From Candidatus Peribacteria bacterium (GTDB taxonomy: Bacteria > Patescibacteriota > Gracilibacteria > UBA1369 > UBA12463): a stretch of 64,000 nt of DNA. Within the stretch, counting starts at the first letter, position 1, and every line of letters begins with the position of its first letter. Below, one piece after another: positions 58,812 to 64,000 of this stretch. The stretch lies in NCBI GenBank assembly GCA_943355055.1, contig CALREA010000003.1, positions 11,343-75,342 on the forward strand, given 5' to 3'. The notes beneath the pieces are model-generated. The model was given only the letters and a program-made list of their open reading frames with translations. It ran no database searches and had not been told where the DNA came from. The translations under genes were made by a program, and so were the position numbers.

Positions 58812-60221
58812 CTACTTCTTCTTCCCGGAACCTTTTTTCAAAGCGTTCTTTTTTGCCTTACCTTTTTCCATGCGGTCGTGGTGAGTTTCACGCTTGACGC
58901 CTTCTGTTTTTTTATAGAATCGTAGATCGATTGCGGTACCGCTGAATCCGTAACGTTCACGAATTATTCGCTCAATGTAGCGTTTGTATGAGAAGTGGAA
59001 CAACTCGGGATTTGATACCGTAACGATAAAAGTAGGTGGATCTTTCTGAGTGTATTCGATGGAGTACATCGTTATCGTACGGCCGTGACTTCGAGGTGGC
59101 GCGTGACGCGTTATTGCCTCGGCGATGATAGATTTAAGTTCGCTTTGATCAATATCTTTGTTTCGTTCTTTGTGAATTTTTACGGCAAGGTCGAAAATTT
59201 TCGTAATGTTTTTTCCTGTCAGCGCGGAAGTCATAATAATCGGACTCCATGGGAGAAACTCGAACTTGTGCTGAAGTTTGTGTGTTAATTCTTCTGCATC
59301 TTCCGCTGAGAGTTTATCAATTTTATTGAGGAGAATAATTAGGCCCTTTTTCTCGTCTTTAATATATCCGGCTATATGTGAATCTTGGCTTACAATTCCC
59401 TCGGATGCATCAATGACGAGAATGGCGATTTCCGATTCTTCCAATGCCTTGATTCCGCGAAGTACACTCCAAAATTCTAATTCTCTTCCAATTTTCCCCC
59501 TCTTACGAATACCAGCTGTGTCTTTTAGGAGGAATTTCTGGTTGTTCCAATCGATTTCGGTATCTACGGTGTCACGTGTTGTACCTGAAATATCAGAAAC
59601 GATCATCTTATCCTGGCCGATGAGCTTATTGAGGAGGGAAGATTTTCCTACGTTTGGACGACCGAGAATGGCGATGGTAATCGTTCCTTCTGCGACTTTA
59701 CTTACCTTTTCTTTTTTATATCCCAATTTCTTGAGCATTTTCTCGACAAGTGTTTCCATTTCATCAATACCTGTGCCGTGATTTGCGGATATCGGACAGA
59801 TATTTTCCACTCCCATGCGGTAGTACTCCCCTATTTCCATTTCGTGACTTTTCCTATCGGTTTTGTTGGCAACACATATATATGGCTTCTTTGCCTTCAA
59901 AATGGTTCGAATGACGTGCTGATCTTCGATCGTTGGCGGAAGTGAACCGTCGACGATGAACATGATGAAGTTGGCTTCTTGAATTGCCAGAAGTGTTTGT
60001 GCGTATACATCGCCCTCAAGACTTACTTTTTTCCCATACTGAAGTCCGCCGGTGTCTACAAGAATAGCCTCCATGTTTCCAATCTCACAAGACTGGTAAA
60101 TACGGTCACGAGTTGTTCCGGCGATATCGGAGGTGATAGCAACTTTTTTCCCTACCATTCTATTAAAGAGGGTTGATTTTCCGACATTTGGTTTTCCGAT
60201 GATGGCAATAATTGGCTTCAT
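58812..60221 (-). CDS. der: ribosome biogenesis GTPase Der
   Basis: Tandem G-domains GKPNVGKS / GRPNVGKS, GTTRD x2, C-terminal KH-like domain. Confidence 0.97.
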   Translation of the reverse strand: MKPIIAIIGKPNVGKSTLFNRMVGKKVAITSDIAGTTRDRIYQSCEIGNMEAILVDTGGLQYGKKVSLEGDVYAQTLLAIQEANFIMFIVDGSLPPTIEDQHVIRTILKAKKPYICVANKTDRKSHEMEIGEYYRMGVENICPISANHGTGIDEMETLVEKMLKKLGYKKEKVSKVAEGTITIAILGRPNVGKSSLLNKLIGQDKMIVSDISGTTRDTVDTEIDWNNQKFLLKDTAGIRKRGKIGRELEFWSVLRGIKALEESEIAILVIDASEGIVSQDSHIAGYIKDEKKGLIILLNKIDKLSAEDAEELTHKLQHKFEFLPWSPIIMTSALTGKNITKIFDLAVKIHKERNKDIDQSELKSIIAEAITRHAPPRSHGRTITMYSIEYTQKDPPTFIVTVSNPELFHFSYKRYIERIIRERYGFSGTAIDLRFYKKTEGVKRETHHDRMEKGKAKKNALKKGSGKKK

Positions 60222-60310
60222 GAGCGGTGTATTATGTGAGGTACTTTCCTTGTTCCGCGCCATTTTGCCTCTTTTTTGCCATTCTGGCTACTCTTTGTTA
60301 TGATGTGTTT

Positions 60311-60961
60311 ATGAAAAAGATTTTCTCAGCTTTGTTTCTTGGAATAGTGCTTGTTTTTTCCCTTGTTCCAGCCCTTGTTTTGGCCCAGGATGCGACGCAA
60401 CAGCCTACGAGTTTATTGCCGACAGATACGGGGACGGGTCTGCCTGATGGCATCTCGGTTGATTGTATCCGATTTCTCAAACGACCGAGTCTGAGGGGCG
60501 AGGTACGAGATAATAAAGATATCAATGCCACGAGTAAAACAGCCACGCAGGTGAAGGAAACTGAGGATTTTGCCGTTGAAGGTGATAAGGCTGGTACCGT
60601 CGGAACTGCGAAAGATGGTGTGGCGAGGGTAATTTTTTTGGACAAAAATGGAAAAAAAGTTCCTGCGACATATGCTATCAATGCTCGAGAGACGGCGCTT
60701 TCTTGCGGGATTAAAACGGGAAGAATTGATATGTGGTTGATTCCATACTATCTCGTGCGTGTTATTGATTTTGGCTTGTTGCTCGCCGGACTTCTGTCGG
60801 TACTCTTCATTATTATTGGTGGATATCATTTCATTATCGGGAGTTATACTGACGATAAAGAGAAGGGCAAGAAAACAATTATGTATGCTTTAGGAGGACT
60901 CATTCTATGTCTTTTGGCCTATACGGTCGTGAATCTCTTACTTCTCTTTGTTACTTCGTAG
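60311..60961 (+). CDS. TrbC/VirB2-like pilin-domain protein
   Basis: Signal peptide, variable region, C-terminal AGLLSVLFIIIGG...EKGKKTI.YA.GGL hairpin. Confidence 0.8.
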   Translation: MKKIFSALFLGIVLVFSLVPALVLAQDATQQPTSLLPTDTGTGLPDGISVDCIRFLKRPSLRGEVRDNKDINATSKTATQVKETEDFAVEGDKAGTVGTAKDGVARVIFLDKNGKKVPATYAINARETALSCGIKTGRIDMWLIPYYLVRVIDFGLLLAGLLSVLFIIIGGYHFIIGSYTDDKEKGKKTIMYALGGLILCLLAYTVVNLLLLFVTS

Positions 60962-60984
60962 TTTTTATTCTTCAATTCATTTAT

Positions 60985-62193
60985 ATGAAGCTAAACGATT
61001 TATTCAGGAAGACGAGAGTCATCGTAAAAAATTTACGTGATACCGTTGCGGAGGCCAGCAAGCAGCCGGAATTTGTGCATGCTGCTGAACGCGCTGAGGG
61101 TACTCGTGAGCCGTCTCAGGAGCTTACGCTGCGTATTTCCGGTCCTTCCGTGGCGAAGGCTACTCTCATTATTCTCGCCCTCCTGACTTTGGCATATTTT
61201 ATCAATGTTATTTCCGATATTCTTGTTGTTTTTTTCGTGGCTTTTTTGTTGGCTGCCGCCATGGAGCCGACGATCGACTCTCTTCATAAAAGGAAAATTC
61301 CACGCTGGTTATCCGTCATTGTACTCTACATTGTTTCTATCGTTCTCTTTGCTTTTATTGTTTCTTATATGCTTCCGATTCTTGCTCAGCAAGTTTCTGA
61401 ATTGGCGGTGAGTTTGGGAAATTATCTGAAGAATCTGGCTGAGGGAAAAAGTGCCCTTCCGATATCCGATCGTTTTCAGCCGTATGTCGGTCAGTTTCTC
61501 AAGAGTATCAATGTGCATGATTTAGCCGGACAGGTGGAGAATTCTCTTAATCTGATCGCTGAGCAGCTTTTCACTATCGGTGGTAATATATGGGAGGTTA
61601 TTAAAATTGTTTCCCACGGTTTTCTCAATACCGTGCTTGTGCTTGTCATTGCTTTTTTTATGGTGGTTGAGCGTAACGCTGTGGATACGTTTATTTTTGC
61701 TTTTATTCCTCTTCAGCACGAAAAATATTTGGAACATAAAATTCTGTTGGTGCAGAAAAAAATTGGATTTTGGGTTCGGGGTATGCTCATCATGATGGTT
61801 TCCATGGGTGTTTTGGTCTATATTGGTCTGACCATTTTTGGAATTCAGTACGCGGCTGTTTTGGCCCTTATTGCTGGCTTTCTTGAACTTATCCCTGTTG
61901 TCGGACCCCTACTCGCTTGGGCTATGGCGGTACCAATTGTATTAAATCAGTCAGGCTTGAGTATTGTACTTGTTACTATTTTATATTTTGTTATTCAGCA
62001 ATTCGAGAGTCATGTACTGTTGCCGGTTGTTATGAAGAGAATCGTCGGGCTGAATCCGATTATTATTCTTTTTGCCTTGCTGGTTGGACATCGTTTCTTG
62101 GGTGTTCTTGGCGCGGTTCTCTCTGTGCCGGTTGCTACGATGATATCGATTTTCGTGAATGATTTTTTTGAGAAGCCGAGGAAAAAGCAATAG
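60985..62193 (+). CDS. AI-2E family transporter
   Basis: Multi-TM; LELIPVVGP, IQQFES..L.P..M, GLNP, LGA.LSVP. Confidence 0.92.
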   Translation: MKLNDLFRKTRVIVKNLRDTVAEASKQPEFVHAAERAEGTREPSQELTLRISGPSVAKATLIILALLTLAYFINVISDILVVFFVAFLLAAAMEPTIDSLHKRKIPRWLSVIVLYIVSIVLFAFIVSYMLPILAQQVSELAVSLGNYLKNLAEGKSALPISDRFQPYVGQFLKSINVHDLAGQVENSLNLIAEQLFTIGGNIWEVIKIVSHGFLNTVLVLVIAFFMVVERNAVDTFIFAFIPLQHEKYLEHKILLVQKKIGFWVRGMLIMMVSMGVLVYIGLTIFGIQYAAVLALIAGFLELIPVVGPLLAWAMAVPIVLNQSGLSIVLVTILYFVIQQFESHVLLPVVMKRIVGLNPIIILFALLVGHRFLGVLGAVLSVPVATMISIFVNDFFEKPRKKQ

Positions 62194-62194
62194 T

Positions 62195-64000
62195 TTAATC
62201 CGATTCTGCTCCCTCCTCCCTCCTCCTCGCCAATCCAACCGCGGCACCGACCCCAAGAGCAATGGCTAACGGAGTAAGACCATTGTTCCCGTTCCCTGTT
62301 CCTGTTGCATTACAACCTGTGTCTTTTGGTGCCGGAGCGATGACGGGTGGCTTCCTTGATGTCTCGCTTGATCCCGCATCAGCGAATATCTCTTTCATAG
62401 TTTCAGCATCTCCTGCTAGCCAGGTATCGATGCCATCTGTCTTCTGCGTGTCTACCGGTGGCACGGCGGTATCATTGGTATCGACGTTGTCTGCTGTCTG
62501 CGTATCCGTCGGTGATGTAATCTCATTCGTACTCATATCAGGTGGTGTAACTTCTCCATCTACTTCGGCTGCTGTTGCCGCTTCCGACGTATCAGTCGAT
62601 GATTGATCCAACATCGTATCCGGTTCACCATCCGGCGCTACATCAGGGGAAATATCACTCATGTCACCTTTTCCATCCAACCAGTCATCGATGGCATCAC
62701 TTCCTCCATCAACTTCCGGAGTTATAATCACTTCCGCAGCCACATCCGTACCTCCTCCATCGACTCCTTCCGTCGTTCCCGCATCCATATCTTTTTCTGC
62801 GGCCTCCACTACCTCTACAGCCTCCACGGCTTCTACTACACCTTCAGTCGCACCCTCATTCGCATTTTCTACGACACTCGCATCCCCCGCGTCAGCGGGG
62901 GTGCCTGTTTTCACTACGGTGGCTACCTGCCCCGGTATCGTCACACACGCTTCGCCCGCACCAGCAAAGTTGTCTTTAAATGTGGTAAATGGAATTTTTG
63001 TAACCTCCGTTTCCATGGTAGCAGGACTGATAATTTTTATGAGGTAGACTTGATCATTTAACCCAAATTTGTCAGCCTTTCCATAAAGAATCCAACCATT
63101 GAGTTCTGTTGAATAAGACAGATTACCCCGAAGCGGAAAAATATTATTCGTAATGATTTTCTTATTCACCTGCGGCTTTGCCCATAAGTCAGTTATGTAG
63201 GTATCTACTTTTCCTCCTCCGTTATTAATAGCCTTGAATGCATATCGACTATCTGGATCTTCTACGGCAATGTCGGAATCCGCATCGGTTACTTTATAGT
63301 CGATGAGGTTGTTGATATTTACAAGTACGATTTTATTTCCTTCAACTGTTAAATATATGGTCGGCGTACCATTGGCATCTTTTGTTGCTAGGAAGCCGCT
63401 TTTCATTATAGACCAGTCATAGGCTTTAATGCCATTTATAGTCAATACAACAGGATCTTCTGTAATCCCATTCTGTTCAATAATTAACTTATGAATAGTT
63501 GGATTATTTCCGCTATCCAATATAAAAATAAAATTATCAGTCGCTTTTAAGCTTGACCAATCTTGAGCAATATCGTACGTAAAATCTGGCAATACTGGTC
63601 CCGTTTTATATTCTGCTTTTACGTTTCCGTTTGTATCGAATGGTGATTTATAAGCAGAAATTTTTGGATTGAGAAATACCATCCGATCTTGATCAGGCGT
63701 AGCTCCTTTTATAAAGTGTACTATTGTAGATGTGTTATAATCAGGATAATTTTTGCTATTAATGACAAAAGATTTTTTGACATTAGCTGGATCAGTAATA
63801 TTGTAGAGGTAGCACCCTTCTATCATTCCATTATTCGCTGGCCATTGCGTGTAGACGAAATTTCTGTGTACTCTTGCGTTATAATCTCCCCCATTTAGAG
63901 GATTGTCCATCTGATCCTTAAACGCCTGTGTCTCCGAGATAGAAAAGTCAGTAACTTTTCCATCGGTTAATACTGCCTTCCATCCCAGCTCTTCTCCTAC
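62195..64000 (-). CDS. large surface protein with acidic linker and MYXO-CTERM-like C-terminus, 5'-partial
   Basis: Frame open to window end; beta-rich domain, D/E/T/A-rich linker, GC-spacer-TM-RRR tail. Confidence 0.75.
   Translation of the reverse strand, partial: VGEELGWKAVLTDGKVTDFSISETQAFKDQMDNPLNGGDYNARVHRNFVYTQWPANNGMIEGCYLYNITDPANVKKSFVINSKNYPDYNTSTIVHFIKGATPDQDRMVFLNPKISAYKSPFDTNGNVKAEYKTGPVLPDFTYDIAQDWSSLKATDNFIFILDSGNNPTIHKLIIEQNGITEDPVVLTINGIKAYDWSIMKSGFLATKDANGTPTIYLTVEGNKIVLVNINNLIDYKVTDADSDIAVEDPDSRYAFKAINNGGGKVDTYITDLWAKPQVNKKIITNNIFPLRGNLSYSTELNGWILYGKADKFGLNDQVYLIKIISPATMETEVTKIPFTTFKDNFAGAGEACVTIPGQVATVVKTGTPADAGDASVVENANEGATEGVVEAVEAVEVVEAAEKDMDAGTTEGVDGGGTDVAAEVIITPEVDGGSDAIDDWLDGKGDMSDISPDVAPDGEPDTMLDQSSTDTSEAATAAEVDGEVTPPDMSTNEITSPTDTQTADNVDTNDTAVPPVDTQKTDGIDTWLAGDAETMKEIFADAGSSETSRKPPVIAPAPKDTGCNATGTGNGNNGLTPLAIALGVGAAVGLARRREEGAESD

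Overview
A 64-kb, gene-dense chromosomal segment of a bacterium using genetic code 11. It is most likely a Patescibacteria/CPR organism of Peregrinibacteria type. That is inferred from the CPR-typical VirD4-like ATPase, VirB2-like pilin, TrmB regulator, secG/orphan binding-protein cluster and near-absence of Shine-Dalgarno sites, together with rplI and purine and riboflavin genes. Most of the window is housekeeping: glyA, htrA, purA/C/E/B, amtB, dcd, ileS, pgk, ribE/H, fmt, lepB, coaE, gatB, recG, tyrS, rplU, pth, obgE, uvrC, der and 4 tRNAs. These are interspersed with orphan ORFs. No rRNA, CRISPR array, transposase or prophage was seen. Best leads: (1) a head-to-head Elp3 + Trm9/ALKBH8-like methyltransferase pair, a candidate eukaryote/archaea-type mcm5U34 tRNA pathway in a bacterium; (2) a stand-alone transcription unit with a ~230-nt multi-hairpin, G-U-rich RNA leader, a boxA-like motif and a 101-aa orphan ORF; (3) a myxobacterial-style MYXO-CTERM surface protein; (4) pervasive leaderless promoter architecture; (5) UvrC carrying an inserted GNAT-like domain. 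All calls come from reading motifs by eye; no database searches were run.
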